Assembly: GCA_019313725.1 (NCBI GenBank)
Contig: JAFDAT010000004.1
Coordinates: forward strand, 1-33,859
Source of the DNA: Deltaproteobacteria bacterium
Lineage (GTDB): Bacteria > Desulfobacterota > Desulfobacteria > Desulfobacterales > B30-G6
DNA: 33,859 bases
Direction: 5' to 3'
Both the position numbers and the translations under genes were made by a program. Below, piece after piece: positions 25,166 through 33,789 of the stretch. The notes below the pieces were generated by a model, which was not told the origin of the DNA, searched no databases, and was given only the letters and a program-made list of their open reading frames with translations. Numbering within the stretch: the first letter of the stretch is position 1; the number at the start of each line of letters is the position of its first letter.

Positions 25166-26518
25166 ATGAGTCTTGCAACCCAAATAATGGTTGTGGATGA
25201 TGAGGAGACTATTTGTGAAGCCCTGGAGGCATGGTTCATCAAAGACGGATACAGAGTTGAAAAGGCTGGATCGGGTCTGGAAGCCCTGGAACGTATGGCC
25301 AAGAAGCATTTCGACGTGTACTTCGTGGATATAAAAATGCCTGGGATGGATGGGCTGGAGCTCCTGGGAAGGCTGAAGGAAAAGCAACCGGATGCAAATG
25401 TGATCATGATCACGGCTCACGGTTCCATCCAGTCCGCTGTCGAGGCCATGAAATTGGGTGCCTGTGATTATCTCTGCAAACCTTTCGATCCTGATCAGCT
25501 TTCCCTCCTCATGGAACGCGTAATGGCCAGCAAAGCACTGCGTGACGAAAACGAAACCCTGAGGGAACAGTTGATGGAAAAGCGTGAGACTTTGTGGGAA
25601 GGTTTTGTAGCTCAATCCGATGCCATGCATCATGTTTTTTCAATCATAGAGGATGTGGCACCCACCGGCACACCTGTTCTGATAACCGGAGAAACCGGTG
25701 TGGGCAAAGAGCTTATTGCCGAAGCCCTTCACATGCAGAGTCGACAGTCGGATGGACCGTTTATCGCCATAAACTGTGGTGCCATGTCGGAAACGCTTTT
25801 GGAAAGCGAGCTTTTCGGGCATGAAAGAGGCGCCTTCACCGGCGCCGTCAAAGCCAGGCGTGGCAGACTCGAAATGGCCAACAACGGTACGCTGTTTCTG
25901 GATGAAATTGGTGAAATTTCCTCTAAAATGCAGGTAAGTTTACTACGGGTTCTGGAGGAAAAACACCTTCAGCGCCTGGGTGGCAATCAATCCATTTCCA
26001 CCCACTTCCGATTGCTTAGTGCCACGCATCGGAATCTGTCGCAACTCATCAGGGAAAATCGGTTTCGGGAAGACTTCTTCTACCGGATCAATGTCATCAC
26101 CCTGCCGGTTCCTCCCCTTCGGGAACGCCTGGAGGATGTACCGGCGCTGGCCGATCATTTTCTTGATCTGTATGTCCAGGAAACGGGCAAACGCCTGGAA
26201 GGATTTACACAGCGTGCCCTGGGTATGTTGATGGCCTATTCGTGGCCGGGAAACGTTCGTGAGTTGCGAAATGTCATCGAAAGAGCGGTCGTGCTTGCCC
26301 GCGGAAGAATGATCGGCGCGGAAGAGTTGACCTTTCTCGATACTTCCAGTAAAGATTGCCGACTGGGAACCCTGACGCTGCATGAGGTCGAAATCAGTCA
26401 TGTACGCTCGGTCCTTGACACCTGTAACTGGAATATCAGCCGGGCAGCCAAACAGCTGGACATCGACCGAAGCACCCTCAACAGAAAGATAAAACGGTTT
26501 CACCTGGTCCGGTCTTAA
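25166..26518 (+). CDS. NtrC-family sigma54-dependent response regulator (REC + AAA+ + Fis-type HTH)
   Basis: 450 aa. It has a receiver domain ('VVDDEE..', 'DIKMPGMDG'), Walker A 'GETGVGKE', an exact 'GAFTGA' sigma54-contact loop, and a C-terminal HTH 'NISRAAKQLDIDRSTLNRKIKR'. Confidence 0.9.
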   Translation: MSLATQIMVVDDEETICEALEAWFIKDGYRVEKAGSGLEALERMAKKHFDVYFVDIKMPGMDGLELLGRLKEKQPDANVIMITAHGSIQSAVEAMKLGACDYLCKPFDPDQLSLLMERVMASKALRDENETLREQLMEKRETLWEGFVAQSDAMHHVFSIIEDVAPTGTPVLITGETGVGKELIAEALHMQSRQSDGPFIAINCGAMSETLLESELFGHERGAFTGAVKARRGRLEMANNGTLFLDEIGEISSKMQVSLLRVLEEKHLQRLGGNQSISTHFRLLSATHRNLSQLIRENRFREDFFYRINVITLPVPPLRERLEDVPALADHFLDLYVQETGKRLEGFTQRALGMLMAYSWPGNVRELRNVIERAVVLARGRMIGAEELTFLDTSSKDCRLGTLTLHEVEISHVRSVLDTCNWNISRAAKQLDIDRSTLNRKIKRFHLVRS

Positions 26519-26553
26519 CCCGAACATTTCCATTTAAACCGGGAAAGATTATA

Positions 26554-27117
26554 TTGCAAACCCACCAATCAGAACCGCCGGTTCGACCCCTTCTGGACCT
26601 GATTATTTTTGATCAGGTGGATGAAATGGCGGTATCCGTCATTGCCGCTAATCTGCAGGCTGTTGCAGGCCTCAACACAGGCATTCTACCCCCCATCGAA
26701 TCACCCGACTATGCTTATGTGCCTGTTCGAAATCAATTCGACGCTACCAGAATTATCAAGCAGCTCGCTTTCTTCCGTGACGGAGCTCCATTTAAACTGG
26801 GCATCATCGCCCACGATATATGTTCGCCTATCCTCTCTTTCGTCTACGGTGAGTCCCAGTTAGGGGGAAAAGCGGCTCTCGTTTCACTCAACCGTCTTTT
26901 CGACAACAATCCGGAGACCTTTTATCAAAGGGCCGCTAAAATAAGCCTTCACGAAGCTGGACATCTGCTCGGCCTGGGGCATTGCTGGGAAAGCTTCTGC
27001 ATCATGCACTTCTCTTCGAATCTCGAAGCCCTGGATTCGCTCCCCATCAGTTTTTGTACGGCCTGCGAGTATGAGATTAAAAGACACCTGCGAACAGTAG
27101 TTGCTGATGAAAAATAA
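26554..27117 (+). CDS. archaemetzincin-like zinc metalloprotease (M54-like)
   Basis: 187 aa from a TTG start; the start is uncertain. 'HEAGHLLGLGHC' (HExxHxxGxxH) is followed by Cys residues 'CWESFC...FCTAC', typical of the second Cys4 zinc site. Confidence 0.65.
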   Translation: MQTHQSEPPVRPLLDLIIFDQVDEMAVSVIAANLQAVAGLNTGILPPIESPDYAYVPVRNQFDATRIIKQLAFFRDGAPFKLGIIAHDICSPILSFVYGESQLGGKAALVSLNRLFDNNPETFYQRAAKISLHEAGHLLGLGHCWESFCIMHFSSNLEALDSLPISFCTACEYEIKRHLRTVVADEK

Positions 27118-27120
27118 CCC

Positions 27121-28032
27121 CTACCCCAAGAACTCCTCGATCAATCGATCCCAAACGATGCCCGGCACCGAACCATAAATATCTCTGACTGCCTCACCAC
27201 CGGTGGCGGCCATGCGGTATCCGGTCTCTTCACTGAGCAGCGTATTGAGTCGCGTGGCTTCATCATCCATCCAGGCCAGGCTCTCGGTACCGAAGAAAAG
27301 GTTTTTCAAGCTTCGACGCAGGTTGGCCGGCTGAACCACCATGAACCAGCCGTCATAGTAAGGAGAATCGTTGGCGGTGGATGCATTTTGCTTGAGTTTG
27401 TGATTAACGGCGACGACGTGACCATCCACCGGGCTTAATGTCAATGCTTCATTGCCTTCGCGCTTCAGTACAGCCAGGTGTTTTCCCTGGCCCGCTTTGG
27501 CTCCCAGACGGGGGAGCTGAATCTCATCCTGCGGCCCTAACAGCCGGAGTGCAAAATCATCGAGCCCTACCCGCACACGGCCGCCATATTCCACCCTGGC
27601 CCACGTATGCCCGTAATGGAAATAGTGGTCCCTGGGAACCGTGAAGCCGGAGACCTGTTCGCAGACGGGTGGTTTGAAACCGGGCATATAGCCTGTGTCT
27701 TCTATCATCTGATCATATGGGCACTTGATACAGTTGTAATTGTGGGCGCACAGTTTGTAATCCACACGCCCGCTCAACATGTGCCGGCACTTTAGCTGGC
27801 TACCCAGCATCCGCAACCTCGCTGTCCGGTGAGCGCTCGATCTGTCTACATGCCAGGCCTCCTTAGCTTCGAAATTCGCCTGCACCTTGCGGTCCAGCGA
27901 ACATCCCAGGCAGTCGAAAGCATTGATACACTTGATCGGTTTGGTAACACCGGCGCGGCTCCAAACGCATTGATCCTCGGCCTTACCATATACGACTGGC
28001 CGGCCTGATTTTTTTACCGTCTGGTTTCTCAT
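27121..28032 (-). CDS. Cys-rich protein with a C-terminal glycine-cleavage-H-like (lipoyl-fold) domain lacking the lipoyl lysine
   Basis: 303 aa with an AAGGAG RBS. The N-terminus carries two copies of C-x12-C-x5-C-x2-C. The GcvH-like part reads 'YFHYGHTWARVEYGGRVRVGLDDFA...SPVDGHVVAVN...DPYYDGWF'. By eye alignment, the position of the lipoyl-Lys is Gly/Asn. Confidence 0.65.
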   Translation of the reverse strand: MRNQTVKKSGRPVVYGKAEDQCVWSRAGVTKPIKCINAFDCLGCSLDRKVQANFEAKEAWHVDRSSAHRTARLRMLGSQLKCRHMLSGRVDYKLCAHNYNCIKCPYDQMIEDTGYMPGFKPPVCEQVSGFTVPRDHYFHYGHTWARVEYGGRVRVGLDDFALRLLGPQDEIQLPRLGAKAGQGKHLAVLKREGNEALTLSPVDGHVVAVNHKLKQNASTANDSPYYDGWFMVVQPANLRRSLKNLFFGTESLAWMDDEATRLNTLLSEETGYRMAATGGEAVRDIYGSVPGIVWDRLIEEFLG

Positions 28033-28099
28033 GGCAAATCTCCTTGGCTATTGATTTCTGGGGAAAAGTAATTCTGCACCTGACCTGCACAATAGACAA

Positions 28100-28115
28100 T
28101 GCATATTTGAGGCCA
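28100..28115 (-). promoter_or_regulatory. candidate sigma54 (-24/-12) promoter for the GcvH-like gene
   Basis: The minus strand reads TGGCCT-CAAAT-ATGCA. GG and GC have the canonical spacing of TGGCAC-N5-TTGCA. The element lies about 68-83 nt upstream of the ATG at 28032. Confidence 0.45.
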
Positions 28116-28351
28116 CTTGGATTCGCCAATGGCAATTATTTGTTATATATTTGAATATATTTGTTATTATTTATGGATAGGCTGTATTAAGGTGGGTAAG
28201 GTAGAATTCTATAATTTGTCGCACAATGCGCCACTATTATCTACCAATTCAGTATATCGTGATATATCAAACAATTGACATGTTGCTGCAAACTGCTCCA
28301 TCTCGCTGCATTTTGCGACACATCCGCAGGAATTCGATTTTAAAGATCGGG

Positions 28352-29398
28352 CTATAATGCCAGCATACGCTCCAAGGCAACGCCGGCCTCTTTTTTGATC
28401 GATTCCGATACATGGATGACATTTTTTTTCCCGATGTGGCGCAGGGATAGAAGCAGGTTCTGGGGATTGATTTTGTACATATTAGGGCAGAGGGAGTCGT
28501 GCAGGGTCAGGATATTCTTGTCGGGATTCTCTGCACCCAATCTCTTGACCAAGTTTATTTCGGTCCCGATAATGATGGTTGCTCCGGGAGAGGCTTTTCT
28601 GACATATTTTACAATAAAATCGGTGGAACCTGCGGCATCGGCCATCTGGACCACTTCCCGCAGACATTCCGGATGCACCACTATTTTAGCGTCAGGGTAC
28701 CGTTCTCTCATCGCCTCGATGTGGGCGACCTGAAAGCGGGTGTGGACCAGACAGTAACCATCCCAGAGCAAAATCCTGGCCCTTTTGAGACTTTCTGCAC
28801 TGACGCCGCCCAAAGGCTTGGACGGATCCCAGACAATCATATCTTCCGGGCTGAAACCCATCTGATGACCCGTGTTCCTGCCCAGGTGCTGATCCGGAAA
28901 GAAGAACACCTTTTCACGACGTTCAAGCCCCCAGGCAAACGCGGCCGGGGCATTCGAGGACGTACAGACCAATCCACCATGCCGGCCGCAGAACGCCTTG
29001 ATAGATGCGTCGGCATTCATATAGACAATCGGTGTGATTACATTTTCCCCGAGAACCTTGGTTGCTTCCTGCCAGGACCGTTCCACGACATAGCTGTCGG
29101 CCATGTCGGCCATCCAGCACCCCGCCTCCTTGTCCGGCAGTTGGACGGTCTGATGCGGCCCGGATAATATTTCAGCGCTTTCGGCCATGAAGTGAACACC
29201 GCAAAACACGATGTGACGGGCCTTTGCATCCGCTGCCGCCCTCTGTGACAGACCGAACGAATCACCACGGTAGTCGCCCAGCGCCACGATTTCTCTTCTC
29301 TGGTAATGGTGGGTAAGGATGAGCAGTTTTTCGCCCAGTTGCGATTTGATTCGTTGTATCTCAGCGATTTCCCGGCTGTAATCTGCTTGCTTTTTCAT
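28352..29398 (-). CDS. nadA: quinolinate synthase
   Basis: 348 aa. 'ILTHHYQRREIV..GDSFGLS', 'VFCGVHFMAESA' and 'VHPEC' are blocks typical of NadA. Confidence 0.85.
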   Translation of the reverse strand: MKKQADYSREIAEIQRIKSQLGEKLLILTHHYQRREIVALGDYRGDSFGLSQRAAADAKARHIVFCGVHFMAESAEILSGPHQTVQLPDKEAGCWMADMADSYVVERSWQEATKVLGENVITPIVYMNADASIKAFCGRHGGLVCTSSNAPAAFAWGLERREKVFFFPDQHLGRNTGHQMGFSPEDMIVWDPSKPLGGVSAESLKRARILLWDGYCLVHTRFQVAHIEAMRERYPDAKIVVHPECLREVVQMADAAGSTDFIVKYVRKASPGATIIIGTEINLVKRLGAENPDKNILTLHDSLCPNMYKINPQNLLLSLRHIGKKNVIHVSESIKKEAGVALERMLAL

Positions 29399-29512
29399 TT
29401 TTCAAGACCTCTCGCAGGCTGCCCACAACGGATTCGGAAGTTTTTTTGCCATGTTGTTTACCCTAGGATTTACCCTAGGGTTTAGCCTTCTGGCTAACGG
29501 GTCAGACCGGAC

Positions 29513-29839
29513 CTAAACGACAAGGGCGGCCATATCACTGCCGAACACACCGATGCGATCACCGGAATTCAGCGGCACGTCCAGGTTCCAGTCCAGTGGG
29601 TTGCGGAAAGCGGGTTGGTATCCCAACCAACGCGCCATATTGCTGCGGGCCGCGAACAGTCTGGCATTCAAAAAAATGCTGTGGGCATCATCCTCGACGA
29701 CCCCGGCCCTTTTCAGCACGGTCGTCATGGTCTCGGCGGAATCAGGTTCTATGAACAGCACCCCATTCTCCCGGATTGTTTCTATCTCCGATATTTTGCG
29801 CAGTTTTCCATACAAATGTATCTCGATCAACTGGATCAC
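29513..29839 (-). CDS. small hypothetical protein, possibly a MoaD/ThiS-like beta-grasp without a C-terminal GG
   Basis: 108-aa ORF. The GTG at 29839 overlaps the GGAGG, so the TTG at 29830, 8 nt after GGAGG, is a more plausible start. The N-terminal 'IEIHLYGKLRK' and C-terminal 'LNSGDRIGVF' loosely resemble the ubiquitin-like sulfur-carrier fold, but the protein ends in 'ALVV'. Confidence 0.4.
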   Translation of the reverse strand: MIQLIEIHLYGKLRKISEIETIRENGVLFIEPDSAETMTTVLKRAGVVEDDAHSIFLNARLFAARSNMARWLGYQPAFRNPLDWNLDVPLNSGDRIGVFGSDMAALVV

Positions 29840-29862
29840 CTCCGGATGTTTTTTTCCAGATC

Positions 29863-29904
29863 AGGTTACCTTGGCATTCGAGCCTTTGCATTGACCTAAG
29901 TCAA
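29863..29904 (-). promoter_or_regulatory. second CRP/FNR-type box plus -10 in class-II geometry
   Basis: The perfect palindrome TTGACctaaGTCAA sits at 29891-29904. On the minus strand it is followed after exactly 22 nt by TAACCT (29868-29863). This is upstream of the small ORF and nadA. Confidence 0.45.
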
Positions 29905-30001
29905 TCAGGCATATTTTGATGATGGATTGCGAGCAACCCATTGGCGGAAGTATAATATTGTGCCAATTCATTGGAAACAGAGCAGCGTTGGGACCATCCG
30001 C

Positions 30002-30949
30002 TCAGCTGACCACCCACACGGCTCGATTATCGAGCGATTCGATGATCCTGTCGCTGAAACGCCCCCTGAAACGTGTCTCCAAAAAGCCGACAGCCTCCCG
30101 GTGCCCCACGACGATGGTTCCGAATTCACCGTGCAGAGCAATGTCGATGACCTTTTGAATAATATTGCCTCTGGCAAAAGTAATTTCCCGGCTGATGCGC
30201 TCCGCATTGACACCGGCATCCACCAGCCGCTGGGTAGCTTCCTGCATATAAGGTCTGAACCTGTTTTCGTGATAGACTCTCCAGCCTTCTCCATCTGCGT
30301 CGATATCCTGAGACCGGCCATGGGCTCCAAAAAGGGGCTTTGGGGAAAGGCAATGACAGAGCATCACTTCCGGGTTGCCGATACCGGTCAGGGCGGCAAT
30401 GCTGCTCACGCCGCGCATAGACTCGATGGACTCGTCCAGCGCTATCAGAATTTTCCCGGGAACGGGCTCGCCGTCCACGATCACCGTTGGAATATGCTTG
30501 ACTTTATAGGCCAGTTTTCTGGCCATACTACCGACCACCAGATCCTTCAAACGGCTGGCACCGGTACTGCCGATGACAATGGCGCTGTAATCCTGGTAGG
30601 TCTCCTGGATGATATCTTTGAGAACGTCGGTTCTTTTGGCCCGGGTCGTAACCCTGACGTCATCCCGGCCAAACCCGCAATTCTCCAGAATCTTAAATGC
30701 TTTTTCCTTAAATTCGCCTATGACCAGCTGATTGGTGGCCAGCCAGCCCATGACTTTGCGTTTCTTGGAGCGGTAGAGAGGATTACCGTCCATGTCCCAG
30801 AACACTTCGGGAAATCCTGTCCCCACATAAAACAGCACAATTTTGGCCTGCTCGGCTGTCACCATCGCACCGGCATAACGAACTGCTTCCAGCGCCTGGT
30901 CTGATCCGTCCACCGCCAAAAGTATTTTACGTTTGACCTTGCTCTTCAC
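30002..30949 (-). CDS. tandem universal stress protein (two UspA domains)
   Basis: 315 aa with a GTG start after AGGAGG. The two domains begin 'KILLAVDGSDQALEAVRYA' and 'KILIALDESIESMRG', and each has a 'GS/GH...' ATP-loop-like segment ('VIGSTGAS', 'VVGHRE'). Confidence 0.8.
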   Translation of the reverse strand: MKSKVKRKILLAVDGSDQALEAVRYAGAMVTAEQAKIVLFYVGTGFPEVFWDMDGNPLYRSKKRKVMGWLATNQLVIGEFKEKAFKILENCGFGRDDVRVTTRAKRTDVLKDIIQETYQDYSAIVIGSTGASRLKDLVVGSMARKLAYKVKHIPTVIVDGEPVPGKILIALDESIESMRGVSSIAALTGIGNPEVMLCHCLSPKPLFGAHGRSQDIDADGEGWRVYHENRFRPYMQEATQRLVDAGVNAERISREITFARGNIIQKVIDIALHGEFGTIVVGHREAVGFLETRFRGRFSDRIIESLDNRAVWVVS

Positions 30950-31012
30950 GAGGCCTCCTAAATAAGATCTCTTCTACCGTTTACTTGAAGACTGGGCAAT
31001 CCAAATTTATGG

Positions 31013-31038
31013 CTTTTCTCCAAAGAGTTGGAGAAAAG
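31013..31038. other. perfect 11-bp stem-loop between rnfB and usp
   Basis: cttttctccaa (31013-31023) pairs with ttggagaaaag (31028-31038) across an agag loop. Neither strand has a clear U-tract, so terminator function is uncertain. Confidence 0.4.
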
Positions 31039-31174
31039 GGTTCAAGGATTCGAGGGGCCAAGGATTCAAGTGTTTGTATGTCGGATCTAAAATGCTATCG
31101 GCTTCCCTTTGATTATGGATAAGCAGGCGCATTCTTAATAATAACTACGACAACGAATCGAGATGTGAACCTTA

Positions 31175-32086
31175 TTAACCCCGCCACTCCATATCATCCA
31201 CGGTCGTTTTGAAATCCGGTTCCACAAGCTCAGGAAGTTCCTGATCCTTGACTTTTTCAAGATCATCCGCCGTCGGTTTGCCCACGAACACGAGCCGCTG
31301 GCGTTTACACTTTTTACAGGCCTCCAACACATCCAGTCCACACGTTGGGGTATATGCGTCGTAATCGATGGTGGACAAATTGTTTTCAAGCGTAAACAGG
31401 CCGGATGTCCGGGCACAAGCACCGCACCCGATACAACCCACATTACAGACGGCGATGACATCCTTGCCTTTATCCTTGTTGGAGCATGTCACCGCCAGCA
31501 TCTGATCGGACTTGAACGGCGTGATCGTGATAATGTTGCGGGGACAGGCCTTGGCACATGCTCCACAGCCCACACATTTTTCGTAATCCACGGTTGCCAG
31601 GCCATCGATAACCTTAAGCGCATCGAACTGGCATACCCGGACACAATCTCCGAACCCCAGACACCCATAGGTGCATCCCTGGACATCCGTCACCAGGTTG
31701 GCGGCGGCACAACGCATCTCTCCGCGATACTCGCTACGGCCCAGCCTGTCTTCATAACGGGCCCCGCAGTGAACGATGGGGCGATAGGGCAGCAATGCGC
31801 CCACCTCCACCCCCATGATGCCCGCCACGGCCTGGGCACAGTTCGGCCCTCCCACCGTGCACAGGCTCACGTCCTCGTGTTCCAGGGCAACGGCTTCCGC
31901 ATATTCGCCGCAGCCCACGTATCCGCACCCGCCGCAGTTGGCTCCGGGCAGCTCGTCGATGATAGCCAGCGCACGCGTGTCCACATCGACATGAAATTTT
32001 TTATTGGCCCACCCTAAAATGGACGTCAGCACAACTGCCATGCCCAGCAGGGTTCCGGCCGACAGGCCGATGGTCACCCAGGTCAT
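31175..32086 (-). CDS. rnfB: Rnf complex subunit B (polyferredoxin-type)
   Basis: 303 aa. It has an N-terminal TM helix, 'LPGANCGGCGYVGCGEYA', and several CxxCxxCxxxCP ferredoxin motifs. Confidence 0.85.
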   Translation of the reverse strand: MTWVTIGLSAGTLLGMAVVLTSILGWANKKFHVDVDTRALAIIDELPGANCGGCGYVGCGEYAEAVALEHEDVSLCTVGGPNCAQAVAGIMGVEVGALLPYRPIVHCGARYEDRLGRSEYRGEMRCAAANLVTDVQGCTYGCLGFGDCVRVCQFDALKVIDGLATVDYEKCVGCGACAKACPRNIITITPFKSDQMLAVTCSNKDKGKDVIAVCNVGCIGCGACARTSGLFTLENNLSTIDYDAYTPTCGLDVLEACKKCKRQRLVFVGKPTADDLEKVKDQELPELVEPDFKTTVDDMEWRG

Positions 32087-32454
32087 CGCGCCTCCACCAC
32101 CGGATGGGTTCGTCCATCTGAATATTGCCCGTTACGCATATGTCTCATAATTAAAAACTGCCTTTTAGAGATAAAGGCCGGTCTCTACACGACCTCTGGC
32201 TTTTTGATTTTTTTAACGACGCACCACAGGCGAACACACAGATTCGCCCCTACATGCGTTCGGCCTAGCCGCCTCTGACCACCGTCCACAGACTACGCTC
32301 GCACCTTCCTTCTGGGGTTCAGTCTTCTGGCAATCTGGCCTCCGTCCACCGGCCCCTGTAATTCTCCTTACTGTCTACTCCTTACTCCCTACTTTCCGGG
32401 CTGACCTGGCCTCTGATCTCTGACACTCTGTCCTCTGTAGCTCCGTCTTCTGTC
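32087..32454. repeat. 368-bp non-coding, repeat-rich spacer inside the rnf operon
   Basis: It contains a GC-clamped hairpin, ggcgaa-cacacaga-ttcgcc (32229-32248). It also has low-complexity direct repeats (ctccttact.. and tctg/tcctctg runs, about 32365-32450). No credible ORF. Confidence 0.6.
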
Positions 32455-33159
32455 CTACGGCGCGCCGGTCACCGCCACCCGTATACCGCTGTCCACCCCG
32501 GTGAAACCCATGAATGCCATGGCCAGTATCCCCCCCACGATGAGGGTGATGGCCGTCCCCTTAAAGGCCTGAGGAACGTCGCACAGATCAAGCTCCTCGC
32601 GTATTCCCGCCATGATCACGATGGCAATGGTGAAGCCGACGCCCCCGAATATTCCCAGGGCCAGCGCCCTCCCCAGGTCCCACGCCTCCTCCGGACTTTC
32701 CACACCAACGATGTTGGTCATCACGGTCAGGCAGGCGAACAGAATAGCGCAGTTGGTAGTAATCAGCGGCAGGAAAACACCAAAGGTTTTGTACAGCGGC
32801 GGATAAAACCGGCGCACATACATTTCCACAAACTGCACCGATGAGGCGATGGAGAATATGTAGACAATATAGGTGAGGATGGTCAGGTCGATGGCAGCCG
32901 CCTTGTCTGCCGGCATAAAGAACCCCGCAACCCAGGCGGAGAGAGGCGCCCCCGGCATCAGAATGAGTGTGGTGATCGTCCAGCTCAAAAACACTGCCAC
33001 GGTCATCACGAACGTGACCGCACTCCCCATCCCCACGGCCATGCCGACCTGTCTGGATACGCCGATAAACGGACAGATACCCACAAAATAGTAAAGTACG
33101 AAATTGTTTATCAGGGCTGCGCTGAGGGAAATCAGCATGATGTCGAACAGATAATCCAT
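32455..33159 (-). CDS. rnfA: Rnf complex subunit A
   Basis: 234 aa. '[19 protein letters not shown]', '[12 protein letters not shown]' and 'AMAFMGFTG' match RnfA. Compared with my recollection of the 193-aa E. coli RnfA, it carries two insertions. Confidence 0.85.
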   Translation of the reverse strand: MDYLFDIMLISLSAALINNFVLYYFVGICPFIGVSRQVGMAVGMGSAVTFVMTVAVFLSWTITTLILMPGAPLSAWVAGFFMPADKAAAIDLTILTYIVYIFSIASSVQFVEMYVRRFYPPLYKTFGVFLPLITTNCAILFACLTVMTNIVGVESPEEAWDLGRALALGIFGGVGFTIAIVIMAGIREELDLCDVPQAFKGTAITLIVGGILAMAFMGFTGVDSGIRVAVTGAP

Positions 33160-33162
33160 GGC

Positions 33163-33789
33163 CTATCCCCTCCCCCCGGTCTTTTTCGAACGAACCGTAT
33201 CGACCCAGTTCACCAGGGCCATCAGCAGGCCGAAGGTCAAAAAGGCCCCGGGCGGCAGCACCATGATTACCCAGGCCGGCCAGACATCCGGCAGTACCTG
33301 ATAACCGGCCAGCATACCGGTTCCCAAAATTTCGCGTACCGCTGCGATGCTGGCCAGGGCCAGACCAAACCCGATGGATTGGCCCAGGGCATCTGCCGCA
33401 GCCGCGGTAACGGGCTGGCGTGATGCACACACTTCACAGCGGCATATGATGATACAGTTGACAATGATCAGCGGAATGTAGGGTCCCAGGGTTTTGCTCA
33501 TCTGGTACATGTAGGCCGCCAGTACCCGATCCACAATGGTGACGAATGTGGCAATGGTCAGGGTGAAGACGACAATGCGCAGGTGCGGTTTCAGCAGGTT
33601 GCGGATGAGACTGATGATGACATTGGCGCACAAAAGGACCGCCCCTACCGCCAGGGCCATGGTCAATGCCGGTTTCAGGCCATTGGTCACCGCCAGTGTC
33701 GGGCAGAGGCCCAGGAACTGGCGATATACCGGATTTTCAGGTAATATGCCCTGCACGAATCGTTCAAGAGGTGTTGGGAGGTTTGCCAT
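33163..33789 (-). CDS. rnfE: Rnf complex subunit E
   Basis: 208 aa. 'NPVYRQFLGLCPTLAVT' and 'IPLIIVNCIIICR' match RnfE. Confidence 0.85.
   Translation of the reverse strand: MANLPTPLERFVQGILPENPVYRQFLGLCPTLAVTNGLKPALTMALAVGAVLLCANVIISLIRNLLKPHLRIVVFTLTIATFVTIVDRVLAAYMYQMSKTLGPYIPLIIVNCIIICRCEVCASRQPVTAAAADALGQSIGFGLALASIAAVREILGTGMLAGYQVLPDVWPAWVIMVLPPGAFLTFGLLMALVNWVDTVRSKKTGGRG

Noticed and set aside
29950-29966. Perfect TGGCAC (-24-like) on the minus strand upstream of the small ORF and nadA
   Set aside because: The position where the -12 GC should be reads TTATA. Without the GC dinucleotide this is not a credible sigma54 promoter.
29927-30904. 325-aa ORF on the plus strand
   Set aside because: It is a mirror of the tandem-USP gene. 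The minus-strand frame gives textbook Usp motifs ('KILLAVDGS...') and this frame gives none.
32588-33430. 280-aa ORF on the minus strand, Arg/Gly/Pro-rich
   Set aside because: It bridges rnfE and rnfA in an alternative frame. The rnfE and rnfA frames match their families strongly.
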